From positions 96,001 through 160,000 of IMG/VR virus record IMGVR_UViG_3300021254_000021: a DNA stretch of 64,000 nt. One strand, written 5' to 3'. Of the stretch, positions 27,414 through 37,091 are shown piece by piece. The stretch is from a virus. Lineage: Duplodnaviria; Caudoviricetes. The translations under genes were made by a program, and so were the position numbers. The notes under the pieces are model-generated. The model was not told the origin of the DNA and ran no database searches. It saw only the letters and a program-made list of their open reading frames with translations. Position 1 is the stretch's first letter; every line of letters starts with the position of its first letter.

Positions 27414-27848
27414 ATGAAAGACCATCGAATCCTTTACCTTTCCATTTCACACTACAACACACCAAAAGACCCGACTATTTCTCGCAAAGTCCACTATCAT
27501 CCTGTCTCAGCCTCTACCCCAGTTTCTTTACGGTATGAGGTAAAAGAGCATAAGTATGTTGACTATAAGCCTGTCTTATTAGAGGTGTTTAAAATAGACC
27601 TTAATACTCTGACTATTACAGAGGTGTCTAAGGACACTATGACTCCGCCCACAGATAAACAACTTAGTTTCATAAAGGGTATTTGTGAGACTTTAGAGCG
27701 TCCGTATAATGAGCCTGAAACAAAAGTAGAGGCTTCCGCATGGTTAAATTACTATGTCCCCATATACCGTAAGAAGTGTGAGGAACAGGAATTAGAGTGG
27801 GAAGCTAATCATTCAGAGATTATGGATAACTGGGGAGACTGGCAATGA
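27414..27848 (+). CDS. hypothetical protein with PPTxKQ module
   Basis: AGGAG SD before ATG 27414; PPTDKQLSFIKGIC..TKVEASAWL. Confidence 0.7.
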   Translation: MKDHRILYLSISHYNTPKDPTISRKVHYHPVSASTPVSLRYEVKEHKYVDYKPVLLEVFKIDLNTLTITEVSKDTMTPPTDKQLSFIKGICETLERPYNEPETKVEASAWLNYYVPIYRKKCEEQELEWEANHSEIMDNWGDWQ

Positions 27849-28207
27849 AACCTTATTATGAGTGTACCTATTGTGGAAAGAAGTTATATGAGGGTGATGA
27901 GGCATATAAGAATGAGTACAATGAACTTTATTGTAGCTTTGAATGCCTTAATCACTGTGAGAAAATAACAGTCAGTAACATTACCTGTATGGATAATAAG
28001 TGTTATTGGGAAGAAGAGGAAGGTGATAGTGTAGATCCTCCAACAGAGAAACAGCTTAATTTTATAAAGACTATTTGTGCATATATGCCGTGGTTGGGAC
28101 AACCTGAATTAAAGACTAAATCTGCGGCTTTTCACTGGCTACAAAAACATGTTCCTGAATATAAAGAGCAGATGATATTAGATCAGAAATTCATAGCAGG
28201 AACATAG
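27845..28207 (+). CDS. TRASH/MYM-like zinc finger + PPTxKQ module
   Basis: CTYCG...YCSFEC; PPTEKQLNFIKTIC. Confidence 0.7.
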   Translation: MKPYYECTYCGKKLYEGDEAYKNEYNELYCSFECLNHCEKITVSNITCMDNKCYWEEEEGDSVDPPTEKQLNFIKTICAYMPWLGQPELKTKSAAFHWLQKHVPEYKEQMILDQKFIAGT

Positions 28208-28479
28208 TGGAGGAGATTATGGCTTTTAATAAAGAAACACTAGAAAAATTCCCAGTCACTAGGATGAAGTTATTGCATAGAAACCTTATTGGTGTTTCTA
28301 AAGAATTGTATGAATTAAGTGAAGCATTAGACTCAGAGAATACATACACTAATGATTTGAAAGATATTCATAATTCCTTAGAGGCTATGTGTAGGAATGA
28401 TATAGAAGGAACTTTAAGAAGAATTAGTAATATCTGTTCTTTATTAAGCCTGTACACCCTTTCAGATAAGGAGAATTAG
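28207..28479 (+). CDS. hypothetical protein
   Basis: 90-aa ORF. Confidence 0.6.
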   Translation: MEEIMAFNKETLEKFPVTRMKLLHRNLIGVSKELYELSEALDSENTYTNDLKDIHNSLEAMCRNDIEGTLRRISNICSLLSLYTLSDKEN

Positions 28480-28481
28480 TC

Positions 28482-28748
28482 ATGCCTTATTATTTCCCAG
28501 ATGACCTTAAAGAGTGCTACCGTTTAAGAGGTAAATTTAAAAGCCTTAGTAACGGTAAAATCACTTACCAAGAATACTTTGCCCCAGATGAAGAATCAAT
28601 GAAGGCTACTATAAATATGTGGCGACGGGAAGGGTGTTTTGAAGTAGCCATAGAGACTTTTCTTTGTAAGGATAAAAAGATTGTTTCTATGGTGGTTAAT
28701 GCAGAGGAAGTTAAAAAGAAAATTCTAAGTGATATTCTGGTTAGCTGA
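28482..28748 (+). CDS. hypothetical protein
   Basis: 88-aa ORF with SD. Confidence 0.65.
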   Translation: MPYYFPDDLKECYRLRGKFKSLSNGKITYQEYFAPDEESMKATINMWRREGCFEVAIETFLCKDKKIVSMVVNAEEVKKKILSDILVS

Positions 28749-28980
28749 AAGGAGAAAAGGGTCAATGGATGATACTCTATGGAAAGATGCCTTTAATGCC
28801 AAAACCGTTAAGATAATCTGGTTTTACTTTTATGACTCACGGTTTAAAGAGATTTGTCGGAGTAAGGAAATCTGTTTCACAGAGTATTTGTATAAACAGA
28901 GTTTAGAAAAGATAAAAAGACTGTATTCTCGATACGGAGATATAGAAGTACACACTTATGTATTGGAGAATAAACCATGA
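28729..28980 (+). CDS. hypothetical protein
   Basis: ORF in operon; likely start at MDDTLW. Confidence 0.55.
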   Translation: MIFWLAERRKGSMDDTLWKDAFNAKTVKIIWFYFYDSRFKEICRSKEICFTEYLYKQSLEKIKRLYSRYGDIEVHTYVLENKP

Positions 28981-29354
28981 ATACAGAAAAGTTTGAAGAA
29001 ATATCTTGGATACCATTTAACTTATCTGTTAAAATTGCAGGTTGTTTGTCTCGCCTACGATACCTACCAAGAGAACTTGAGTGCAAACATCCTATTAAGG
29101 TGGTTAAATTCTTAAATTTCTTTGTAATTACATTCCTTATGAATGATAGCGGACATTATAGACAGGATTATACCATAGATCCAGTGTTATTAGATAGATG
29201 TGTATTCACTAAGAAAGCGGATGTAACCGAGTTTAACAGTCTTATGAATGAAGCACTTTTTTGGGAAGAAGCTAAGATGGATAAAATTAGAAAAAGTAAG
29301 GGATTAAAGGATGATAATGTTCCACACTTTACCATAGAGGATGACGACGAATGA
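28977..29354 (+). CDS. hypothetical protein, tandem paralog of 29351-29713
   Basis: Shared W...LS.K...L..L..LP......PI.V.....VITF...M.EAL. Confidence 0.7.
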   Translation: MNTEKFEEISWIPFNLSVKIAGCLSRLRYLPRELECKHPIKVVKFLNFFVITFLMNDSGHYRQDYTIDPVLLDRCVFTKKADVTEFNSLMNEALFWEEAKMDKIRKSKGLKDDNVPHFTIEDDDE

Positions 29355-29713
29355 GCATTGATAATATTGCAGACTATGGATATAATTGGCTGTCCAAAGA
29401 ATTGTCAGATAAGGTAAATCACATACTTGCTGTGTTATACCTGTTGCCAACCAGTAAGGCTTTTCATACCCCTATAATGGTAAAGCAAACAGAGTGTGGT
29501 AATTATGTTATTACATTTAAATTTACGTCAGAGGGTAACACATTTATAGAAGATGTGATGATAAGAATAGATGCTATAATAGACCTAGCTCGTTTTAAGC
29601 CTGATGCCGTAAACGAATACTTCTCTGTGATGAAAGAAGCATTGGATTATTCAGATATGCTTAGAAATAAGCATAAGTATTTAAAGGCGTTTGGTAAGGA
29701 GAATAAAAAATGA
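29351..29713 (+). CDS. hypothetical protein, tandem paralog of 28977-29354
   Basis: Same shared pattern; ATGA overlap. Confidence 0.7.
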   Translation: MSIDNIADYGYNWLSKELSDKVNHILAVLYLLPTSKAFHTPIMVKQTECGNYVITFKFTSEGNTFIEDVMIRIDAIIDLARFKPDAVNEYFSVMKEALDYSDMLRNKHKYLKAFGKENKK

Positions 29714-29967
29714 ATAAAAGACAATATTTAAAACGTTTAAAGAAAGCGCTTTTGAAATACAGAAAACACAAAGGAAAAAAGTTTTATACTTTTAGAGGTG
29801 TGGATGAAAATGGAGTTTTTACTCTTTTGGGATTTACAGCAAAACCGAAGCAAAAATATTGTAAGGTTTATAATGAAGAATACATAACAGAGGTTAGACA
29901 CTATTCTGGTAAAAGAGCTAATACGATGTTTAGTGTCTTTAATGTTAAGTATGAAAGTCAGCTATAA
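29710..29967 (+). CDS. hypothetical basic protein
   Basis: 85 aa with SD. Confidence 0.6.
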   Translation: MNKRQYLKRLKKALLKYRKHKGKKFYTFRGVDENGVFTLLGFTAKPKQKYCKVYNEEYITEVRHYSGKRANTMFSVFNVKYESQL

Positions 29968-29987
29968 GAGATATAGGAGATTCCGTC

Positions 29988-30434
29988 ATGCGAACCGACT
30001 TAAATATTTGTGGGGAAAATTACACCCAAACTATTTATGTTATTTGTTTACGGTCTGAACAATTAAAAGATGATCCTAATGGATGGTTGCACCACCACAC
30101 TTATACAGACTTAGAGAAAGCAAAAGCAGGTTTAAAGAAATTACTGAAAGACAATTCTTATAACTATTCCTATAAGATAAGAAAGTTTGTGATTAAAGGA
30201 ATAGACCTTATCACTGATGAAACATTCCCGCTTATAGCGAATAGAGATACTTGTGATTGTTTCCATTGCGGAAAGATGATTCAATCTGGGGATGAATTAG
30301 TCTTTGGTGGAGATTTGGGAGAGGTTTATTGCTCGCATGAATGTGTGTCTTTGAATAGAGACAATGAATATTGGACAGCCATAAATAATCCAGATGAGTA
30401 TTTGCCTTGGTTTCCAGAAAAAGAAGGAGATTAA
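29988..30434 (+). CDS. hypothetical protein with C-terminal TRASH-like zinc finger
   Basis: CFHCG...YCSHEC. Confidence 0.7.
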   Translation: MRTDLNICGENYTQTIYVICLRSEQLKDDPNGWLHHHTYTDLEKAKAGLKKLLKDNSYNYSYKIRKFVIKGIDLITDETFPLIANRDTCDCFHCGKMIQSGDELVFGGDLGEVYCSHECVSLNRDNEYWTAINNPDEYLPWFPEKEGD

Positions 30435-30437
30435 ACA

Positions 30438-30710
30438 ATGGAAAACACAAAGCTGTATAAGGTAACGGTTGAAATTTCTTTTGGAGATTGTGAAGGACGC
30501 AGAGAACTGAAAAGAGAGACTAAAACACAAATCTTTGAGACATTAGATGATGCTATCCGCTTTTCTAAACGAGGTGGAATGGAAGGTTATAATTACGAGA
30601 TAATTAAAAAGCAGATATGGGAATATACAGTCAGTTCTGTTAGAGAGATGCAGGAAAAAGAAAGAGAGATTATCAGACAAGTGGTAGAGAAAGAGAAATA
30701 TTGGGAGTAG
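30438..30710 (+). CDS. hypothetical protein
   Basis: 90 aa, AAGGAG SD. Confidence 0.65.
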   Translation: MENTKLYKVTVEISFGDCEGRRELKRETKTQIFETLDDAIRFSKRGGMEGYNYEIIKKQIWEYTVSSVREMQEKEREIIRQVVEKEKYWE

Positions 30711-30713
30711 TCT

Positions 30714-30968
30714 ATGTTTGGTGAAGGATTAGTAATACCAAAAGAGCATACGCAAGAGAGCTATGAGGACTTTATTAAAACAGTAAGTAAAGCCTCTTTA
30801 GAGTACGACTATGAAACTCTTTATAATGCACTCTGGCCGCACATTAAAAATGTTTATAAAACAGCAACCATGTATGTGTTAGATGAGTGTATAGATGTAT
30901 TTAATTTAGCTTTTAAAAGCTGTATTCATGCCGCTAAGAGATGGAAATTTGATTTAGAGGAGAGTTAG
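30714..30968 (+). CDS. hypothetical protein
   Basis: 84-aa ORF. Confidence 0.65.
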   Translation: MFGEGLVIPKEHTQESYEDFIKTVSKASLEYDYETLYNALWPHIKNVYKTATMYVLDECIDVFNLAFKSCIHAAKRWKFDLEES

Positions 30969-30971
30969 ATT

Positions 30972-31493
30972 ATGTCAGCACTTAACCTTAGAGACTACAA
31001 CTTAGAATTAGAGTTAAGCATACCTGAATCCATACCATGTACTAAGAGAGATGTTTGGTTTCCAATAACCAATATAGACTTACCCACATTTGAGGTAACT
31101 AGGGATATAGTAGGCTTATTCCCTAACACATCTTTTGGCAGGGATTTAAGTAAAGGTGTTGAGGATGGGTATGAACCAAAGCCTTATGATTATTACTCTG
31201 TTCCGAGGGTTAATAAAAATGGAGTTTATAAAATCCATTGCTATATGTTTATTAAAACAGAGAATGATAAAGAAATAAAACAGTGTTTAGAGGATTGGTG
31301 TCAACGAATATATGATAATCTTTATGTTCCCTCTGTAATAAAGGGGTATTCTAAAGATAATGGCGAGCTTATGTTAGAAAAGATAAGGTGTACCAAGACT
31401 TTTATCAGTGGACTTAGAGAAGATTCTATGTGTGGAGAAAAGTATATAGACTTCACATTCATTTGTGATGAGATGATAGAAGATAAGGAATAG
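30972..31493 (+). CDS. hypothetical protein
   Basis: 173-aa ORF. Confidence 0.7.
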   Translation: MSALNLRDYNLELELSIPESIPCTKRDVWFPITNIDLPTFEVTRDIVGLFPNTSFGRDLSKGVEDGYEPKPYDYYSVPRVNKNGVYKIHCYMFIKTENDKEIKQCLEDWCQRIYDNLYVPSVIKGYSKDNGELMLEKIRCTKTFISGLREDSMCGEKYIDFTFICDEMIEDKE

Positions 31494-31496
31494 ACT

Positions 31497-31694
31497 ATGT
31501 GGCACATCTTTTATAAAGACTTATATAATGACAATCCATTATGGCTGTTATATGATGATTTCATAGATGCTCCAATATTTTACACTAAGAAAGAAGCATT
31601 GAATTTCCTTGATCAGGATAAAGAAGAATTTGAAGGTTGTAAAATAAAAGTTTTAAGGGAGAAAGAGAATGAAGTGGAAGTACACAAAGAATAA
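31497..31694 (+). CDS. hypothetical protein
   Basis: 65-aa ORF. Confidence 0.6.
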   Translation: MWHIFYKDLYNDNPLWLLYDDFIDAPIFYTKKEALNFLDQDKEEFEGCKIKVLREKENEVEVHKE

Positions 31695-31884
31695 TGAGAT
31701 TCCAGAACCATACACAATGTGTCTCTGCGATATGAAAGACCATTATGAGGTTTTGTGTTGGGAACAAAATAAAACTTATAGTAAGTGGTGTCTTAATACG
31801 CCTGATAATGAGTTCTATTATGAGCTGACAGACGTAATTCGTTGGATATATATTGATGAATTAGAAAAGACCCTAGCAAACTAA
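31669..31884 (+). CDS. DUF551-like small protein
   Basis: MKWKYTKNNEIPE...VIRWI. Confidence 0.6.
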   Translation: MKWKYTKNNEIPEPYTMCLCDMKDHYEVLCWEQNKTYSKWCLNTPDNEFYYELTDVIRWIYIDELEKTLAN

Positions 31885-31894
31885 AGGAGAGCTT

Positions 31895-32287
31895 ATGCCA
31901 TCTTATTATTCTATAAATGAGCAATTAGAGAAAATAAAGAAAGAATCTGATTACAGGGCAAAGGTGGATATTGCTGTGGACACTCTTATCTTAGTTTACA
32001 AAGAGCAAGATCGTCTGCGTACACACCCATATAATGATCCATATATAGCGAACTTGTCTTGTGAAGGTTATAAACAAGTAATGGCAGATATATTTCAGTT
32101 TGGTTGGGATGAGGAAAAGAAAGTGTGTGATGCGTTAGAATTAACGGATTCCAGAAAGAGAACGTGGCTTTGTGAGATGGCTAAAGAGAAAATGGCAACC
32201 ACATGGCCTTCTTTCCTTTCTACGGCGAAATGGTCTTGGAGACACACCAGTGCTTTTGGTAAATTCTGGGAGATAGACGAATTTTAA
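31895..32287 (+). CDS. hypothetical protein
   Basis: 130 aa, AAGGAG SD. Confidence 0.7.
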   Translation: MPSYYSINEQLEKIKKESDYRAKVDIAVDTLILVYKEQDRLRTHPYNDPYIANLSCEGYKQVMADIFQFGWDEEKKVCDALELTDSRKRTWLCEMAKEKMATTWPSFLSTAKWSWRHTSAFGKFWEIDEF

Positions 32288-32288
32288 A

Positions 32289-32358
32289 TAGGGGGGGGGT
32301 TAAAACCAACTCTGTTTTCCCCTCACACCAATTTTACAAAAATTTTTGACCAACTTTT
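32289..32358 (+). repeat. hairpin-leader element, copy 6
   Basis: TA-G9...TCCCCTCACACCAATTTTACAAAAAT-TTTTGACCAACTTTT. Confidence 0.9.
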
Positions 32359-32374
32359 AAAGGAGACTCAAAGT

Positions 32375-32980
32375 ATGCTGTACTTTAATCTGTTTGTTTA
32401 TGGCACATTACTGCATCAATTCAGAGGCAAACAATTCTTTAAGGGTTTAGTTGCAACAGAAGGGAAGATAACTGGGAATCTTTACCATCATTCCTCTGGT
32501 GTACCTGTGATTGAGATTCCAGATAATCCTCATTCTGTCTCAGGTTCAACCCAATACACCATAGACATAGAGGCACAAGACTCTATGCAAGACTCTGTAA
32601 AAATGAATTTCCTTCCTCTTAACATTAAATATGGAAGGGTATATGGGGAGCTATATAAGATTCCCTATACGGATGGAGAGATAAATAAAACATTGGATCG
32701 GTATGAGAGGTTTAATCCTAATGCTAACAGCTTATATAAGCGTTCCCTTGTTCCCGTCCAGACTAAAGAAGGAATAGTCTGGGCATGGGTGTATCACATG
32801 GAGACAATTCCAGATAAGAGTATTCGTATTCTTACGGGGGATTGGAGAGACTGTTTTTACCCTAATGCAGTAAACCACATACAGGAAGCACTAAACGAGG
32901 AATTAGACAAACTGGATGAGGAATACGAGGATGATGAATACGATGAGGAGGAATACGATGAGGAGGAATACGATGAGTAA
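32375..32980 (+). CDS. gamma-glutamylcyclotransferase (GGCT/AIG2-like) with acidic tail
   Basis: LFVYGTL, VYGELY, LDRYE, YKR, AWVY, I.TGDW. Confidence 0.85.
   Translation: MLYFNLFVYGTLLHQFRGKQFFKGLVATEGKITGNLYHHSSGVPVIEIPDNPHSVSGSTQYTIDIEAQDSMQDSVKMNFLPLNIKYGRVYGELYKIPYTDGEINKTLDRYERFNPNANSLYKRSLVPVQTKEGIVWAWVYHMETIPDKSIRILTGDWRDCFYPNAVNHIQEALNEELDKLDEEYEDDEYDEEEYDEEEYDE
32915..32977 (+). repeat. 15-bp tandem repeat (GATGAGGAGGAATAC), about 4 copies, encoding DEEEY
   Basis: Visible directly in sequence. Confidence 0.9.
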
Positions 32981-33524
32981 TAACGACATTATCCGAGAAG
33001 CTGTTAAGCGAGTATGGAGAGACTATATTCTTGAGCCTAAAGATTGGAGAGAGGATTTTGGATTAGCCCCACAGAACATTTACAACTCTTTATTTTGTCC
33101 AAAGCATAACCTAGGTGGGGAGACATTCCCCATTAGTTATATCATGCAGAATTACAGTAGAGAGGTGGATTGTTTGCTTGAGTGTGGTAATGCGGAATAC
33201 CTAAGAAAGATTTTTAACTTTATTAAAAAGAGGCTTAGTAGTGACATTAAGGAACTTATAAATAAAGGTCTTAAAGGCAATAACATTTGTATCTCAATTG
33301 TTCCTGCTGACTCTATACGAAACTTAAATAAGGAAGCAATGGAGAATGGAAACTCTTTGCACATTGTTTACAATGGTCTGGATGATTACATAGAATCAGA
33401 GGAAATTGCGGACTTACTACGATTTAAAGAGCTATCCTATTTCCCTGTTATTTTAAGCTATTATGGTTTGGGTAGAATAACAAACATGATACCTTGTGCT
33501 AAGGTACAGGTATCTTTCACTTAA
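32973..33524 (+). CDS. hypothetical protein
   Basis: Start MSNNDII uses the GGAGG inside the repeat as SD. Confidence 0.65.
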   Translation: MSNNDIIREAVKRVWRDYILEPKDWREDFGLAPQNIYNSLFCPKHNLGGETFPISYIMQNYSREVDCLLECGNAEYLRKIFNFIKKRLSSDIKELINKGLKGNNICISIVPADSIRNLNKEAMENGNSLHIVYNGLDDYIESEEIADLLRFKELSYFPVILSYYGLGRITNMIPCAKVQVSFT

Positions 33525-33537
33525 AGGAGAATAAACA

Positions 33538-33945
33538 ATGGAACATGAAGAATACAAACCTAAGTGCTGTAAGTGTGGGGCAACTTATGATGTCACCTTT
33601 TATCACATGGACGGAGTAAGAGGTTTTGATGACCGTATCCAGTGTCTTAAAGAGAATAAAGATGAACCAATTTTTATCTGTGATGATTGCTTAGAAAAGG
33701 TATTGGGGGTTAAAGCATTCGAACTTGGAAGATGTGAATGGTGTAAGGAATATATAAACCCAGAACTTATTTACACACAAGATGATATGCAGTTTTGCTC
33801 GTTAAAGTGTATAGCTTATTATTATGGTTTTAACTGTCTGGATGATTTGGATGAGGAAGATGAGTATTATGCTTCTTTAGATGATAGTGATGAGGATACT
33901 ATATTTGAAGAAGAGGGCGATGAGGAAGAGGATATAGATCTGTAA
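33538..33945 (+). CDS. zinc-finger protein with acidic tail
   Basis: CCKCG..ICDDC, CEWC..FCSLKC. Confidence 0.7.
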   Translation: MEHEEYKPKCCKCGATYDVTFYHMDGVRGFDDRIQCLKENKDEPIFICDDCLEKVLGVKAFELGRCEWCKEYINPELIYTQDDMQFCSLKCIAYYYGFNCLDDLDEEDEYYASLDDSDEDTIFEEEGDEEEDIDL

Positions 33946-33957
33946 GGAGAGAAAGTT

Positions 33958-34344
33958 ATGGTAGAATTTGTTTCATACGATGGGGAATACCCCAATCTTT
34001 GTTCGGGTGTATTGGTGTTAAAGATTAACGGTATCACACACTGTTTTATACAGTATAAAGATTATGATGGTTTTTGTACGAGAGAAGTGAGAGCAAACAG
34101 GAATAAACTTTATTCTGATCCAGAGGTAATTAAGGTGTATGGTTATTCTATGGAATCAGGCGGATGTGCAGGTGTGGATGATAACTGTGATGAGTTTATA
34201 GAGTATGGGTATTGGGGTGTAGATTTAAGTGATTGTACTTATGAAAATGATGTCCCATTTATTTGTAGTGACTCTTTAAAGAAAGAGATTGTAGACTGTG
34301 TAAATGCGAATGTTGAGCAGGGTTGCTGTGGAGGCTGTATATGA
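33958..34344 (+). CDS. Cys-rich phage protein
   Basis: YDG.YPNLCSG.L..SGGC..GCCGGCI. Confidence 0.7.
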   Translation: MVEFVSYDGEYPNLCSGVLVLKINGITHCFIQYKDYDGFCTREVRANRNKLYSDPEVIKVYGYSMESGGCAGVDDNCDEFIEYGYWGVDLSDCTYENDVPFICSDSLKKEIVDCVNANVEQGCCGGCI

Positions 34345-34751
34345 AAAAACTGATAGACTTTTATAGGGGAGAATTGAATGTTGAATTTTACAACATTCTG
34401 AAATCTTTAGAGAAGGTGGAGAGTATATTCTTAGAATTTTACTCAAGGGACTCCGAGGAATATGATCAGTTAGACACTCATTTAAAAGAGTTTTTAGACT
34501 GGCTGACACGGTTAAAGACAGATATTGACAACTATGATGAGGGAAAAAAGAATAAGTGTCATATCTGTGGCCGAGATGCCCACAATCTTCTTTACTATAC
34601 TAAGAATAACAAGACATATTGTGTGCTTTGTGTATTTGACTTTGTTAAGGAACAAATAGAAAAAGAAAAGGATGGTACTTCGGACAGTCTTACGATAAAG
34701 CAAGCATTCGAGAAATATGGATTCATACAAATTGAGAAAGAACCTAGCTAG
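34341..34751 (+). CDS. hypothetical protein with CxxC..YCxxC
   Basis: Start MKKLIDF via ATGA overlap. Confidence 0.65.
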   Translation: MKKLIDFYRGELNVEFYNILKSLEKVESIFLEFYSRDSEEYDQLDTHLKEFLDWLTRLKTDIDNYDEGKKNKCHICGRDAHNLLYYTKNNKTYCVLCVFDFVKEQIEKEKDGTSDSLTIKQAFEKYGFIQIEKEPS

Positions 34752-34761
34752 GGTTCTTTTC
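34737..34761 (+). terminator. possible terminator
   Basis: AAAGAACCTAG/CTAGGGTTCTTT palindrome plus T-tract. Confidence 0.5.
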
Positions 34762-34781
34762 TCTTATCTAGGGGCTGTATT

Positions 34782-35297
34782 ATGTGTGACCAAGTATTAG
34801 AATCAAACAAACGAACTTTTATAAACTACTTATTCCCTATGGTTATTCAACTGTTATTGGACATAGAAAAGATTGTCACAAACTTGAATAACAAGACATA
34901 CCAAGACCGTATTACAGTTACCGAGGAACAAAGGAAAGGTAAAACGGTAAAGGTGCATTCCGTCATTCCTCTAACTAAAGAGCAGATAAAAAATGAATTA
35001 GAGAGTCATAATCTTTCCATGACCATTTCATTCATTAAAGAAGGGTTAAAGCAAATTAACCATCAAACCATAGGTATTGATGAGATGTTTGAGTGTCTGG
35101 AAAATGTGTATATAGAAACATATTATTTTAAAGGATGTTGTGAGAATTGTAATGATATAGGTCTTTACATTATAGACATACTTGGTGCAATGCGTATAAG
35201 TATGGGAATAGGTTATGGTAAACCTGAGAAGTATAATAATATTTTTGCTTTCTTAGCTTTCCATACTCTTACTCTCTTTGATTTATTAGGGGTGTAG
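34782..35297 (+). CDS. hypothetical protein
   Basis: 171-aa ORF. Confidence 0.65.
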   Translation: MCDQVLESNKRTFINYLFPMVIQLLLDIEKIVTNLNNKTYQDRITVTEEQRKGKTVKVHSVIPLTKEQIKNELESHNLSMTISFIKEGLKQINHQTIGIDEMFECLENVYIETYYFKGCCENCNDIGLYIIDILGAMRISMGIGYGKPEKYNNIFAFLAFHTLTLFDLLGV

Positions 35298-35299
35298 TC

Positions 35300-35539
35300 A
35301 TGCAAGTAGGTATAGATTTCGACGGTACGGTAATCCGTTATGCCATTTGTGCTAAACAGATAGGTGGAGACGGACATACCATAATAACAACAGAAACTTT
35401 AGAAGGAGCGAAACACGAATTACAGATTATTTTAAATCGTGCAAAGAAAAAGAAGCGTCCCACAGACATAAAGTATTGGATTTTCAACTACCCACGGTCT
35501 AAAGACCGTTGGATTGTAGGCAACTGCAACCCAAGTTGA
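35300..35539 (+). pseudogene. phage ORF interrupted by the IscB element after ...KYWI
   Basis: Last 18 codons come from the omega-RNA; an orphan frame ending YEQDMRLARGW* follows iscB. Confidence 0.6.
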
Positions 35540-35758
35540 ATAGCCTAAGTTTTTTGAGAACTACGTTACCCAAGAATATATAGGTACTTTAGGATGTAGT
35601 ACCAAGTCCTAAACACTACGGCTTATGGTTAAACAATTCTGAGAGGTAGGAATAGTGCTGTAAGCATAGAAACCTTGGAATAACATTGGCGATGGTACAC
35701 AAACCACTCTTCGGAGTGAGTAATTAACTTTTAAGTAAGTTAAAAAGGAGACGGATTT
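35484..35758 (+). ncRNA. omega-RNA (HEARO-type) scaffold of IscB
   Basis: TCAACTACCCACGGTCTAAAGACCGTTGG..GTTGA..CTACGTT..AGTCCTAAACACTACG..TTAAACA..AACATTGGCGA directly upstream of iscB. Confidence 0.9.
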
Positions 35759-37000
35759 ATGGTTTACGTCATTAGTAAAAACGGACAACCTTTAATGCCT
35801 ACGGAAAATTATGCGAAAATCCGTGTTCTATTAAAGAACAAAAAAGCAAAGATAATTAAAAGATGTCCGTTTACAATACAGTTAGCTTATGATAGCAAGA
35901 ATTATACGCAGGATATTACGTTAGGTGTGGACGCAGGAAGCAAGCATATCGGACTTTCAGCTACTACAAAAGACAAAGTATTATTCGAGTCTGATGTAGA
36001 GTTACGAAATGATATAGTAGATTTACTTTCTACACGCAGACAAAATCGCAGAACCAGAAGAAATCATAAAACCAGATACCGTAAACCACGCTTCAATAAT
36101 CGCAGGCGAAAAGACGGATGGTTAGCCCCTTCAATTCAGAATAAAGTAGATACACACCTAACGGTAATCCGCAGAGTACATGAGATACTTCCGATTACTA
36201 AAATTATTGTAGAAGTAGCATCTTTTGATATTCAGAAGATAAAGAATCCTACAATAAGTGGGATAGAGTATCAACAAGGCGAACAATTAGACTTTTGGAA
36301 TGTCAGAGAATATGTATTATTTAGAGACGGTCATACTTGTCAGTGCTGTAAGGGTAAGTCAAAAGACAAAATCCTAAATGTACATCATATCGAAAGCAGA
36401 CATACAGGTGGTAATGCACCTAACAATCTGATTACCTTATGTGAAACGTGTCATTCAGGCTATCACAAAGGCATAGTAAAACTACCCAATACAATAAAAC
36501 GTGGTATGTCTTTTAGAGATGCTACCTTTATGGGAATCATGCGTTGGTATTTCTATAATAAGCTGAAAGAGGCATACCCAAATGTAAGCCTTACTTACGG
36601 ATATATCACAAAGAACACTCGTATAGAGAATGGTTTATCCAAAAATCACTATATTGATGCCAGATGTATAAGCGGCAATCCATTAGCTGTATCAGATGGT
36701 ACGGTATATTATCAAAAGAAAATAAGATGCCATAATCGTCAGATATATAAGAATACCATTCTTAAAGGTGGTATTAGAAAGCGCAATCAAGCAGACTACG
36801 AAATCAAAGGCTTTAGACTGTTCGACACCATTAGATATAAAGGTAATACATATATTATTTTTGGTAGAAGAAACAGTGGATTTTTTGATATTCGCACTCT
36901 TGATGGTATAAAAGTAAACAATGGTTCTGTAAGTTGTAAGAAGATGCAACTTATTCAGCCTAACAGTAACTATTTGATTGAAATTCGGAAATGTGCATAG
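35759..37000 (+). CDS. iscB: IscB RNA-guided endonuclease (OMEGA, IS200/IS605)
   Basis: PLMP motif; RuvC-I LGVDAGS; Arg-rich bridge helix; IVEV RuvC-II; HNH CQCC..HHI..GGN..NLITLCETCH; RuvC-III HYIDA. Confidence 0.95.
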   Translation: MVYVISKNGQPLMPTENYAKIRVLLKNKKAKIIKRCPFTIQLAYDSKNYTQDITLGVDAGSKHIGLSATTKDKVLFESDVELRNDIVDLLSTRRQNRRTRRNHKTRYRKPRFNNRRRKDGWLAPSIQNKVDTHLTVIRRVHEILPITKIIVEVASFDIQKIKNPTISGIEYQQGEQLDFWNVREYVLFRDGHTCQCCKGKSKDKILNVHHIESRHTGGNAPNNLITLCETCHSGYHKGIVKLPNTIKRGMSFRDATFMGIMRWYFYNKLKEAYPNVSLTYGYITKNTRIENGLSKNHYIDARCISGNPLAVSDGTVYYQKKIRCHNRQIYKNTILKGGIRKRNQADYEIKGFRLFDTIRYKGNTYIIFGRRNSGFFDIRTLDGIKVNNGSVSCKKMQLIQPNSNYLIEIRKCA

Positions 37001-37091
37001 TGCTAGGAACACTTATAGGAATGCCTCTGAAATTTATGAACAAGATATGAGGCTTGCAAGAGGATGGTAATTAAGAAATAAGAGGTAGAAT

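Larger units (their letters stand above)
35484..37035 (+). mobile_element. non-autonomous IS200/IS605 IscB element (no tnpA; downstream end uncertain)
   Basis: omega-RNA + iscB inserted in a phage ORF. Confidence 0.75.
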
